The notes under the pieces: model-generated
Databases searched by the model: none
Told to the model about the DNA's origin: nothing
The model's input: only the letters and a program-made list of their open reading frames with translations
Virus record (IMG/VR): IMGVR_UViG_3300017973_000001
Location: 45,431-109,430 of that record
Length of the DNA stretch: 64,000 nucleotides
Reading direction: 5' to 3' (one strand)
Source of the DNA: a virus
Translations under genes and position numbers: made by a program
Part shown: piece after piece, positions 29,171 to 37,867 of the stretch
Layout: every line of letters starts with the position of its first letter
Position numbering within the stretch: the stretch's first letter is position 1

Positions 29171-29416
29171 TCACTTAATGTAAGCGTATTGTGGTGTACG
29201 TTCACCTAACTTGTACCCAATTAGGTCAGTATATTCTTGTTCGATAATATGAGGATTCTCTTTTAGTAAGTTAGCCTTAGCTTCTTCAATATCAGCTCCA
29301 GTAGAAAACCCTAATACTTGATAGTTTTCACATTCATCACCATCTTTAGGGGGAAGGGTAACTCCTTGTTCATTAATGAATATCCAGTGTTGAACGCCCT
29401 CATGCTTTTGTTTCAT
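29171..29416 (-). CDS. hypothetical protein
   Basis: ENYQVLGF; SD AAGGAGG. Confidence 0.7.
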   Translation of the reverse strand: MKQKHEGVQHWIFINEQGVTLPPKDGDECENYQVLGFSTGADIEEAKANLLKENPHIIEQEYTDLIGYKLGERTPQYAYIK

Positions 29417-29711
29417 TTTCTATTTCCTCCTTATTTTCCTCACCTAAATTGTGTACATCAAACACATCTCTTACTTTTTCCATTATTTCTTGCTTATCTG
29501 TTAATCGGTTATTTCCTTCTTCGCCAAAATCTTCACCCTCGAACAATTCCATAAAACTAACTGCGTCATCTAATGCCCAGTACAACATAACAATTAGTCT
29601 ATCCTTATCCGAGGCTTTCTCAATACATCGTTCAGAACAGAAGTTAGAACTTCCAATACACCAACCTTCTGTAAACCCATTATGGCAAACTGTACACTCT
29701 CTCACTTTCAC
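29400..29711 (-). CDS. zinc-binding hypothetical protein
   Basis: CTVC..EGW..FCSERC. Confidence 0.7.
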   Translation of the reverse strand: MKVRECTVCHNGFTEGWCIGSSNFCSERCIEKASDKDRLIVMLYWALDDAVSFMELFEGEDFGEEGNNRLTDKQEIMEKVRDVFDVHNLGEENKEEIENETKA

Positions 29712-29755
29712 TGGTTTTCCTCCTTATTTCCCACCCCGGAGGGTGGGGGCTCCTA

Positions 29756-30247
29756 TTAAAGTATTCCTCGTTCTACTAGCATATCGTCAATTTCACAAGT
29801 GTAAGCGTCCCATACCCACTCTTTAAGTCTACCGTTATCATCAAGGATACTTCTATCATTAGGTAAGTCCTCACCTTGTATTGTGAACAAGTGCTCCTCA
29901 CCTTCATCTACTACAATAATTTCGTCACGTCTAGGTGAGTATTGCACTTCAAAGTACGTCCAAGTAGAAGGCCACCCTAGAATTACCTCTACACTCTCTA
30001 AGTCCATGTGCTTTAAACCAATAAACGAATACATATGGTCTACGATAGATATTCCATTCGTCGCAACCCACCACTCATTACCAACACATGAGTAATAATG
30101 TAACTCTCTACCTTGAGGGTCTACATACTCATGCACATCACTACGTAAATCGAACGTTAATACTTCACCTTTCTCATCACGGACAACTTCAATTTTTCCG
30201 TAAAATTCTTCATCACTCATTCTTACAAGCTCTGTAACTGCTGACAT
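29756..30247 (-). CDS. hypothetical protein
   Basis: SD AAGGAGG. Confidence 0.7.
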   Translation of the reverse strand: MSAVTELVRMSDEEFYGKIEVVRDEKGEVLTFDLRSDVHEYVDPQGRELHYYSCVGNEWWVATNGISIVDHMYSFIGLKHMDLESVEVILGWPSTWTYFEVQYSPRRDEIIVVDEGEEHLFTIQGEDLPNDRSILDDNGRLKEWVWDAYTCEIDDMLVERGIL

Positions 30248-30365
30248 ATTAATTTCCTCCTTGTGCTCAATGGCACTCTAGTTTTTGAAGTATAGGTAAC
30301 TCCATGAGTACCCCCCGGATCGAGGGAGGGGGTACCTAGCAACTACCTATTGACGATTACCTTAA

Positions 30366-30623
30366 TTAATCCCCGTTTAAATCGTTATAATTAATCATGC
30401 TACGGCAAGCTCTTAATTGGTGTTCTAGTTCTTCTTTATCAACTTCAATCCCTGTATCCTGAATCCCTTTGAATACGAATAGTGAAACAACAGTTAGAAA
30501 GGTGTCGTACTGTTCAATTTCACTAAGAACTTGATTGATTTGTTCAGTTGTTAAGTTTAGATTAAGTATTTCTTTTGCAATCACTTCTACTTCATTACGA
30601 ATTGAAAAATCTGTTTTGTTCAT
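30366..30623 (-). CDS. hypothetical protein
   Basis: coupled to upstream gene; SD GAGGTG. Confidence 0.7.
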   Translation of the reverse strand: MNKTDFSIRNEVEVIAKEILNLNLTTEQINQVLSEIEQYDTFLTVVSLFVFKGIQDTGIEVDKEELEHQLRACRSMINYNDLNGD

Positions 30624-30967
30624 GCGTTCACCTCATTCATAAGTTTTTGTTCTTTACAACGCTTACGCCAGTTGAGAGCGTGTTTATTTTCTGTAGGGGA
30701 GAGCTTCAGTAATATATGGTCAGTCGCTCCAAAGTAGAAAGGCATAACACTCTCGTCCATTATTTTATACGAAACTTCATTACCTTTTTGTTCAGTTAAA
30801 ACAATAACTCCCACAACTTTTCCAGTGTGGGAGCTCTCTACTGCTAAATATACGGTTGTACCTACTTGCTCTGAAGCTTTTACCTTGACTTCATTTTCTT
30901 CTATCATATCAACTACAAATTTCTCAACACTAACTCCACTTGAAATACTTTCTGTCCACCAACCCAT
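30620..30967 (-). CDS. DUF6927-like protein
   Basis: MGW..YKIMDESVMP..LSPT..ALNWR. Confidence 0.7.
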   Translation of the reverse strand: MGWWTESISSGVSVEKFVVDMIEENEVKVKASEQVGTTVYLAVESSHTGKVVGVIVLTEQKGNEVSYKIMDESVMPFYFGATDHILLKLSPTENKHALNWRKRCKEQKLMNEVNA

Positions 30968-30981
30968 TATTAATTCCTCCT

Positions 30982-31320
30982 TTATTCAACCCAAAAGTAA
31001 GCATAAATTTCTTCGTTATCGTTATCCTCTTGGCAATAAGCCAGTACTTGCTCATCACCTCTAAGTAAAAACGCTTGTATCTTATAGGTTTTTTCAGTTT
31101 GACTATCGAACACTGGTATTGAACCACCGACTACCCAAAGAGCGTCATGCTCACCGTGATGGCTACCACTAATAGGAGCTACCTCGTAATCAAAAGAATA
31201 TTCAAGTTCAGTTAATATACACTCTACTATTCTTTGAATACCCATAAACTCTACGAAGTTCAGTTTTTCTTTAAGGTTACTTAAATCAACGTCTTGACCA
31301 ACTTTTTCTAATTCCCACAT
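30982..31320 (-). CDS. hypothetical protein
   Basis: SD AGGAGG. Confidence 0.7.
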   Translation of the reverse strand: MWELEKVGQDVDLSNLKEKLNFVEFMGIQRIVECILTELEYSFDYEVAPISGSHHGEHDALWVVGGSIPVFDSQTEKTYKIQAFLLRGDEQVLAYCQEDNDNEEIYAYFWVE

Positions 31321-31403
31321 AATGAGACCTCCTAAATATATTGGAGTATAGGTAACTCCATTGAAAGCCCACCGGTGGGGGTGGACTCTCTAGCAACTAC
31401 CTA

Positions 31404-31601
31404 TTAAGCATTAACTGGTGAGCCTACTGGTTTATATACATTCAACCCAATTTTGATACCGTCTTTACCGGGCACTGATTTATTTCCTTGTGTGCTTGCA
31501 ATAATTTGTGACTTACCACTTGATGATAAACCGTAGTCTTTATCAAGCTCAACCACGATAGTTAATTTGTTACCTTTGATTGTCATTTGTACGTTTTGCA
31601 T
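31404..31601 (-). CDS. 65-aa beta protein (SSSGKS..ASTxGN family)
   Basis: LTIVVELDKDYGLSSSGKSQIIASTQGN..KIGLNVY. Confidence 0.8.
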   Translation of the reverse strand: MQNVQMTIKGNKLTIVVELDKDYGLSSSGKSQIIASTQGNKSVPGKDGIKIGLNVYKPVGSPVNA

Positions 31602-31696
31602 TATAATTTCCTCCTATGTGCTCAACGGCACTCTGTTTTAGAGTTGATAACTCCACAAGTACCCCCATGATCCAGGGGAGGGGTACCTAGCAACCA

Positions 31697-31951
31697 TCAA
31701 CGATACATTACTTCAATCCTAGATAGGTCAACGTGATTTTTACCTACTAAGAATCCAACCCTATCAGAAATTCTCCAACCATTATCGACGGTAAAGTGTA
31801 CATTACCACGTACAGTATATACATATGACTCACCGTGTTTTTCTTTCACTTGCTCCAACAATGCTTCAGCTTCTTTACTGGTAGCTATCTCGTAGTTACC
31901 ATGTTCATCTACTACTAAATCTGCTTTTTCCTTAAATTCCTCAAACGTCAT
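31697..31951 (-). CDS. hypothetical protein
   Basis: SD AAGGAGG. Confidence 0.7.
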   Translation of the reverse strand: MTFEEFKEKADLVVDEHGNYEIATSKEAEALLEQVKEKHGESYVYTVRGNVHFTVDNGWRISDRVGFLVGKNHVDLSRIEVMYR

Positions 31952-31967
31952 AGTATTCCCTCCTTAA

Positions 31968-32198
31968 TTAACACGTCCCACAATAAGAGATTGCAAGTTC
32001 TATAGGGTTTTGTCCAGGGTCATCATGCTCAGTTCCGATAAAGTCACGTCTGCATATATCACAAGTATCCCAAACAATGCCAACCTCGTTGTTAACGTGG
32101 TTAAGCAGTATGTTATAAGGTTTCTCATATCCATGTACGAACTGAGAAGGGATGAGTTTAACTGTTTCTCCAAATTGTTGCGTAGTTCCTAAAGCCAT
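31968..32198 (-). CDS. zinc-binding hypothetical protein
   Basis: CDIC..CGTC; SD AAGGAGG. Confidence 0.65.
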   Translation of the reverse strand: MALGTTQQFGETVKLIPSQFVHGYEKPYNILLNHVNNEVGIVWDTCDICRRDFIGTEHDDPGQNPIELAISYCGTC

Positions 32199-32344
32199 TT
32201 TGTTGAACCTCCTTGTCGTCTGATGAAGTTCTGTAATTCCTTAATACGTTCGTTATTCTTCTTCAGCTTCTTGAAATCATAGTCAATACCCATGTTTTCA
32301 AATTCAAGGTTACGTATCTCTCTTTCAGCTTGTTCGATTGTCAT
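32189..32344 (-). CDS. 51-aa hypothetical protein (not in ORF track)
   Basis: MTIEQAEREIRNL..; SD GGAGG. Confidence 0.6.
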   Translation of the reverse strand: MTIEQAEREIRNLEFENMGIDYDFKKLKKNNERIKELQNFIRRQGGSTKWL

Positions 32345-32422
32345 ATGAGAACCCTCCGATTTTAGTTTTTGGGTAGGCCCCCGTGGATCATAGGGGGTGG
32401 GGGGGGGCTACCAATTAGTTAG

Positions 32423-32488
32423 TTACTTTTGCCAACCATAACCAACTTCCTCTAAGTATTCTAAAAACTCATCTAATACGTTGTTCAT
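32423..32488 (-). CDS. 21-aa micropeptide (not in ORF track)
   Basis: MNNVLDEFLEYLEEVGYGWQK; SD AGGAGG in its own hairpin-bounded unit. Confidence 0.5.
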   Translation of the reverse strand: MNNVLDEFLEYLEEVGYGWQK

Positions 32489-32572
32489 CTTAAAGCCTCC
32501 TAAAGTTTTTGGATTGATAACTCCATGCTATCTCCACCCATTGATGAGGAGGGTGGAAATACGTAGCAATTA

Positions 32573-32911
32573 TCAATCAGCTACTATTGTGTAAAGGTTA
32601 CAGTTCTCGATAGTCTTACTAGTTCCATTAGCAAACCCAATAGCTCTTACATTTTCAGTGCCAGTATATTTCACATCTACACAAGTCTGCTCATCACCAG
32701 GAGCCATTACACATAATGTTACATACTTACCGTGAGGTAATTTCACTGATAAGGTGTGCATAGAGTTGCCAGTTCTTGGGGCTAACCCCGATAAGTCTAT
32801 AAGTGAGTGGTCACAGTTATTGAAGGTAGGATATGTCTTAATATCTAACTCCTCCATTAGCTCCGGTGTAACCGTACCGATATAAACTTTCTTCTTTAAA
32901 TCGATTGCCAT
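32573..32911 (-). CDS. hypothetical protein
   Basis: SD AGGAGG. Confidence 0.7.
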   Translation of the reverse strand: MAIDLKKKVYIGTVTPELMEELDIKTYPTFNNCDHSLIDLSGLAPRTGNSMHTLSVKLPHGKYVTLCVMAPGDEQTCVDVKYTGTENVRAIGFANGTSKTIENCNLYTIVAD

Positions 32912-32997
32912 TGTAAATTCCTCCTATATGGTTGTTTTGGATTAAGGGTAGGTACCCTTATTGGAGCTCCCACTGGTGGGGGCAACCTAAAGATTAC

Positions 32998-33255
32998 CTA
33001 CATGAATAATGGCATGATGATGAAGAATATAATAGATAACCCACATATACCTCCAACTGCTAACCCTATAAGGAGTGTGTTCAGTATGTCTTGACCTCTA
33101 AGTACATAAGCTTTCTTAAGTAGGGTAGTATCACCATCAAATACACGCTCTGTTAATTCGTTCAAACTACCTTTGCCATACTGTATAGGTCTTGAATTAG
33201 GTTGAGCACCTTCACCCATACGGATTTTTGCTAACTTTTCACTAACTGTCATCAT
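32998..33255 (-). CDS. C-terminally anchored membrane protein
   Basis: C-terminal TM; SD GAGGT. Confidence 0.65.
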   Translation of the reverse strand: MMTVSEKLAKIRMGEGAQPNSRPIQYGKGSLNELTERVFDGDTTLLKKAYVLRGQDILNTLLIGLAVGGICGLSIIFFIIMPLFM

Positions 33256-33311
33256 TAAAATTACCTCGTTTCAATTTTCTGATTTTTTACACTCATAATT
33301 TTACGGTTACA

Positions 33312-33364
33312 TAAAAAAGAGAGCCGATAATGATACGGTTACACCGTACATATTTACCGACTCT
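33312..33364 (-). terminator. intrinsic terminator within the leftward unit
   Basis: GAGTCGGTAA..TTATCGGCTC-TCTTTTTT on the minus strand. Confidence 0.6.
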
Positions 33365-33410
33365 AAAAGGGGACCTAATAGATACTTATATGGGGTATCT
33401 GTTCAAGGCA

Positions 33411-33617
33411 CTAAAACAGTACCTTTACGCAAGAATGGGGGACGGGGAATGTACCTTTTGGGGTGTGAATATAATAGCTTCTTGCTCCCAATTTAGTACA
33501 CTCATATAACTTACCTTCCTCAATACGGTATCTAGTACCTTCCCATTTAACTACGCAACTTTTAATAGCTCTAATCATGTTCAACACTCCTTTTAGTATT
33601 TTGAACACATACTCCAT
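33411..33617 (-). CDS. hypothetical protein (start may be 33578)
   Basis: SD AAGGAG before MIRAIK. Confidence 0.6.
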   Translation of the reverse strand: MEYVFKILKGVLNMIRAIKSCVVKWEGTRYRIEEGKLYECTKLGARSYYIHTPKGTFPVPHSCVKVLF

Positions 33618-33667
33618 AAAAAGTTCAGTCTACAACTCTACCCCTATTCACAAGGGAGGGGGGGGGC

Positions 33668-33925
33668 TTAAAGCTGACGTACTCTACTAACAAAACTCAT
33701 AGTATAGTTCATATATAGAGTACATATAGATACAAGTCCATCACGTAACCTATTACTCTCTTTCTCTGCTAACTTCTCAATACGTTTGTTCACGCTATGT
33801 ACAAACTCTGCTGAATACATTACTCTAACTCTCTCAATACAAGTCAGTCCTTCAATTACTTGCTGAGCCACTGACTCCACATTTTCCATATATTCCTCTA
33901 TATCTAACGTAAATAGTCTCATCAT
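33668..33925 (-). CDS. hypothetical protein
   Basis: SD GGAGGT. Confidence 0.65.
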   Translation of the reverse strand: MMRLFTLDIEEYMENVESVAQQVIEGLTCIERVRVMYSAEFVHSVNKRIEKLAEKESNRLRDGLVSICTLYMNYTMSFVSRVRQL

Positions 33926-34029
33926 AATACCTCCGGTTATAGTTTAGTTCCTTATGAATACGGGTTGAGTTGTAGACTGATATAATAGCCAACCCAAAGA
34001 ACCCCCAGGAGGTGGGGGCGGGCTGACCT

Positions 34030-35222
34030 TGAAGCACAATCAAGACATATAATCATATACATATAGACACTATACACACTCACTCTCTCTATAGAGTCCT
34101 CACTAGCACCATACGTACAACATCACCGGTTTCTTTGAAACCTACTCCGTACCAATAGATAGGGTTGTACCATGAGAATGTGTAGGACTCGACGTTGAGA
34201 ATGATAGTGTAAGAGCCTCCGGATATGGAGAGTTTATGGTATGGGTACATAGAATCTGAGAGTGATACTCTAGCTAAATGCGTTCCAAACTACGAAACTC
34301 GTAACCATGCCCAAAAGCTCGACTTTATGCTTAATCTCATAATATCCATTATGTGCTTAGCCTTGCTACTAACAAGAGACACCTAACGGTGTCCCTACTT
34401 TGCTTACAGATACGGTAGGATTCTCTCTTGTTGCTCCACTGTTAAGTCGTGGAACTTGCTTATGTCTTTGTTCACTAAGTCGATTAGTATTTGAGTACCT
34501 TTATCGACAAGGGGTTTGCTAGCCTTAGCTTCTTGTCTTTCAAGTGTAATCTGTTTAATTTCTTCCTTTTGCTTACGTGCTGATACTTCTTTCTTAATAT
34601 CCTCGTCGCCTACTATTGCGAATACTTGAAGTTTGATATGTTCATACCCAGGAGCCTTCAGCTTTATCCATGCACCACTATTACCTACTGCATATGATTT
34701 ACCACTACCACTTCTAGGCATTTTCTCTAGGTTCTGAAGCATTGTGTCCATATCCCATCCAGTTAAGTCCATAGACATTTTAAGCTTCTTAGATGTAGAA
34801 TCCACACCTATCTTTAAGTTATGTACTGGCTTAGGTGCTTTTTCGCCTTTTACCTTAGTGTCTACTACCTTGTTTTGTTGATTAACTACTGTCATGTTAA
34901 TGACCTCCTATTGTTTTGTTATTGGATTATAAGGGTTAGATAGCCCTTGTTAGTAGCAAGGCAATATAAAGCCTTTTCCCCTATTTCGTCACCATGCCTC
35001 ATAGACTTATTCGCTCTAACCCTTTCGGGGTTGTTATGGCGTACATACTCACGTATGTATTTTCCTATGGACGGGGGAGCCGTTCGCAAGCCGGTAACTT
35101 CTTACTTGCTATCTCTAGTGGTTAGACTACTCACGTCTATATGTGGCGTAAGCCATAGACTGTTAATCTAGGTCACTATGAGGAGACCCAGTTCCTAGCC
35201 AATTAAGACCCGTTATTACAAG
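34030..35222 (-). ncRNA. candidate large structured RNA enclosing ORF 34404-34895
   Basis: perfect 17-bp inverted repeat 34360-34376 / 34946-34962, nested stems, GTGA and GAAA tetraloop hairpins; ends approximate. Confidence 0.55.
34404..34895 (-). CDS. basic protein related to the 65-aa protein at 31404
   Basis: KLKMSMDL..RSGSGKSYAVGNSG..IKLQVF; SD AGGAGG. Confidence 0.75.
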   Translation of the reverse strand: MTVVNQQNKVVDTKVKGEKAPKPVHNLKIGVDSTSKKLKMSMDLTGWDMDTMLQNLEKMPRSGSGKSYAVGNSGAWIKLKAPGYEHIKLQVFAIVGDEDIKKEVSARKQKEEIKQITLERQEAKASKPLVDKGTQILIDLVNKDISKFHDLTVEQQERILPYL

Positions 35223-36157
35223 CTATCATATACACCAGTTTAATACGTGGGGTGTCAACCCTAGCATAGTGAGACTATGCCCGTACATTGAAGTAGTGTA
35301 TAACCCTAACCCGTTTTTCACGTTTGGGAACTACAAGACCCGTTTCAGTGGGGTCAAACTACTATACATAGAGGGGGCAAGAAAACACGTTTTCCACGTC
35401 TTACCCCTTGCCAATGATGGAAGTGACACTTCAATCAAAGGAAAAGAAAGGGGGCTCGATACAGTACAAACCTATTAAAAAGGCAACCCACTATGTAATT
35501 TGTCAAAGAACAATGAAACCGGGAATCTCAAGAACTTTGAAACCCGTAAAGCTATGAACGGGGCTAGGAGCTCCCCGTGTCGCAACCAACAACTCGTTTC
35601 GACAACCGTTATGTATCACGCATTTCAAATCTTGTGTGCAATTTTTTTATTTATTTTATTTTTATTTGCTCTGTTTTTGGTCATGCCGTGGGCATGAAGT
35701 GGAAAAGAGCCAAAACCCTTGATATATAAGGACCTACCCCAGTGCCTAGAGACAAATTTTTAACGAAAATGGGCCGTGGTGGCATAACAACACCTACACA
35801 GTATTTTTGCTGAAGGGCAATTCGGTACAACCGTGCTTTTTCGGATCAATGACATACCATTGGTGTGTTTGGGGGAATTGGGGCGCTAAGGCTCCTGCGT
35901 AATTGGGAATTGGGGGTGGGGGAAAGTGGGAGATGTGGGAATGGTGAGACCCCGTTGGAGCGTTTCCGTGGGGCGTGAGGTGGGCCTGGTAGATCGTAAA
36001 AGTTTGGCATTTAGAATAGGGAACTTTTTGAAATCTGTAAAAGTTGTGGGTTTAGAATGGGTAACTTTTACAATTCCGTGGTCCGGGCACCAGGTAGTGG
36101 GAGCATGTTGGAGTATCTTTCCTGGGGGCGTGAGCTGAGATCATTGGGAGTTCGGAA

Positions 36158-36210
36158 AAGTAGACATTACCCTATAGGAAGTAGACATTACCCTATAGGA
36201 AGTAGACATT
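36158..36210. repeat. 21-bp tandem repeat x2.5
   Basis: AAGTAGACATTACCCTATAGG. Confidence 0.9.
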
Positions 36211-36487
36211 CTCTTATAAATATATTTATAGGAATATGTCTACTTTATGGGAAAAGTGCGAGACTCCTGTGGGTATAGTGGGGTGGGTGGGAACCAATGA
36301 GTGCGAGCAACCCGGAGTGATTGGGGGCCTGGTGCATGATCTATAATATAAAAACGGGGGAGTTGGGAAATACGTGGGAAATATTTATACGGGAAAATTT
36401 TTACTAAAGGGTAAATATGGTAAAACCTATACTTTTCAAGGTTTTGGTGTGGTAAAATAAGGCTATAATGTAAACACGGGGGACAAC

Positions 36488-36940
36488 ATGGACTTATACA
36501 AAATGCTTTTTGGACAGAATGTACAGACAGATAAGATTTTAGATTTAATTAATTTAAAGAAGGAAGATATTAGTAGGTTCCGTGATTGTGGAGTTGATAA
36601 GAAAAACCTCCTTATATGGATTCTTACTAGAACTGGTATTAAGAATGTGATGGGAGCAAGCAACGGGCACCTGGAACTTAAAAGCCATTTTCTACATAGA
36701 GTGAATGAGCCACATGATCCTACATATGAGCTTATTTATTTTACGATTCCAACTCTAGCTGACACTAGTGAGATAGAACATACACGGATTCCTAAGCTGA
36801 AGGAAATGTTTGAGCAAGCTAGTTGGGACGTTGAGAACGGTAAACTAAATGAAATGACACGAAAATTCATGGCCGACTTAGAGTTACAATTAAAAAATGC
36901 TAAACCTGGCCAAGTATTTTCTTTAATAGAGGAAGATTGA
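36488..36940 (+). CDS. hypothetical phage protein
   Basis: RFRDC..ILTRTG; SD GGGGG. Confidence 0.75.
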   Translation: MDLYKMLFGQNVQTDKILDLINLKKEDISRFRDCGVDKKNLLIWILTRTGIKNVMGASNGHLELKSHFLHRVNEPHDPTYELIYFTIPTLADTSEIEHTRIPKLKEMFEQASWDVENGKLNEMTRKFMADLELQLKNAKPGQVFSLIEED

Positions 36941-36941
36941 T

Positions 36942-37511
36942 ATGTCTAAAGCTGAGTACGATTTCGAGAGATTTAAAGTATTGTACAAACATAGAGGCGA
37001 GGCAGAATTTAAAGCGATCCAAGAGGACCAACGCTTGCAGACTGCTCTTAAACAATACATTGGGACAGAAGTATTAACGCAAATTAACGAGGACCCGGAA
37101 ATTGAGACTAAGATAATGCCATTTCTTATTTTCATTCAAAGACAGACGTTAATGAACTACTACCTAATGGCTATAAATAGAGATGACGGTGGTTTTAGTC
37201 TTTTACGCAGTGACTTTACTTTCATGGCTAGTATATCTACGTGCCTGGCTAATAAGCTGACGGCTCCTCATGTATCAAGTAAACGTATCATAGAACTAAA
37301 GAGTATTATGTCGCTCCGTTATAGAAACGCTTATAAGTTCATGAGTAGGTTAATTAAACTAGCCGAGGAAATAGACTGCCCTATTACCTTATGGACAGAA
37401 ACAGACCGTCCAACCGAGTATTTTACAAGGTATGGGTTCAAGGATTGTGGGAAGATTGGGTACAACGGTGAACGTTTAATGGTATTAAATCCGGGAGAAG
37501 GTTCAATATGA
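36942..37511 (+). CDS. possible GNAT-fold protein
   Basis: ITLWTET..EYFTRYGF resembles GNAT motif B. Confidence 0.45.
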   Translation: MSKAEYDFERFKVLYKHRGEAEFKAIQEDQRLQTALKQYIGTEVLTQINEDPEIETKIMPFLIFIQRQTLMNYYLMAINRDDGGFSLLRSDFTFMASISTCLANKLTAPHVSSKRIIELKSIMSLRYRNAYKFMSRLIKLAEEIDCPITLWTETDRPTEYFTRYGFKDCGKIGYNGERLMVLNPGEGSI

Positions 37512-37696
37512 GGAGAGAGCTGACGATTGACGATACAATCTATGAAATGAAATTAAGGGTTAATAAGCTTATTGAGGAAATGGAAAAGTTATCATTTAAA
37601 GAACAACCAGTCGAATACATGAGCTATCAAATGAGAATAACTGAATTAATATCTATGATTGATTGGATCGAGACAAGAGCGAAAATCGGTCTGTAA
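37508..37696 (+). CDS. hypothetical protein
   Basis: ATGA overlap with upstream gene. Confidence 0.65.
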   Translation: MRRELTIDDTIYEMKLRVNKLIEEMEKLSFKEQPVEYMSYQMRITELISMIDWIETRAKIGL

Positions 37697-37709
37697 GGGG
37701 AAATGAAGG

Positions 37710-37862
37710 ATGACAAAAGAGGAGCTACTAGAAAAACTAGCTGATTATCCAAAGGATTTTAAAATAATCGTGCCGAAGAATATACAACAAGAAGGTAGAG
37801 ACTTGTTTGAATGTACGAAAGTATCAACCGTTGGGAATTTTATTGTATTAGAATCTGATTAA
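37710..37862 (+). CDS. 50-aa hypothetical protein (not in ORF track)
   Basis: MTKEELLEKLADYP; SD AAGGGG. Confidence 0.6.
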   Translation: MTKEELLEKLADYPKDFKIIVPKNIQQEGRDLFECTKVSTVGNFIVLESD

Positions 37863-37867
37863 TAGGG

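Larger units (their letters stand above)
22933..33001 (-). repeat. dispersed family of 8 bulged intergenic hairpins (TTGCTA..TGG(A/G)G core)
   Basis: copies at 22933-22995, 27217-27276, 28996-29060, 30292-30350, 31348-31404, 31643-31701, 32512-32578 and 32948-33001 (variant); outer stems covary. Confidence 0.8.

Noticed and set aside
22933-33001. Early-region repeats as a CRISPR array or true integron
   Set aside because: Repeats vary in sequence and are separated by whole genes; no cas gene or integron integrase in the window
34030-35222. Group I or group II intron
   Set aside because: No P7 R/S elements, no GUGYG start, no complete domain V (GAGCCGT near 35077 does not continue), and the ORF is not an RT or homing endonuclease
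35712-35731. AAACCCTTGATATATAAGG and similar motifs (36422, 46609) as recombinase or att sites
   Set aside because: No recombinase in view and no paired att core
34947-36278. Plus-strand ORFs 34947, 35269, 35500, 35926 and 36057
   Set aside because: No SD, atypical composition, and they run through structured, G-rich or tandem-repeat DNA
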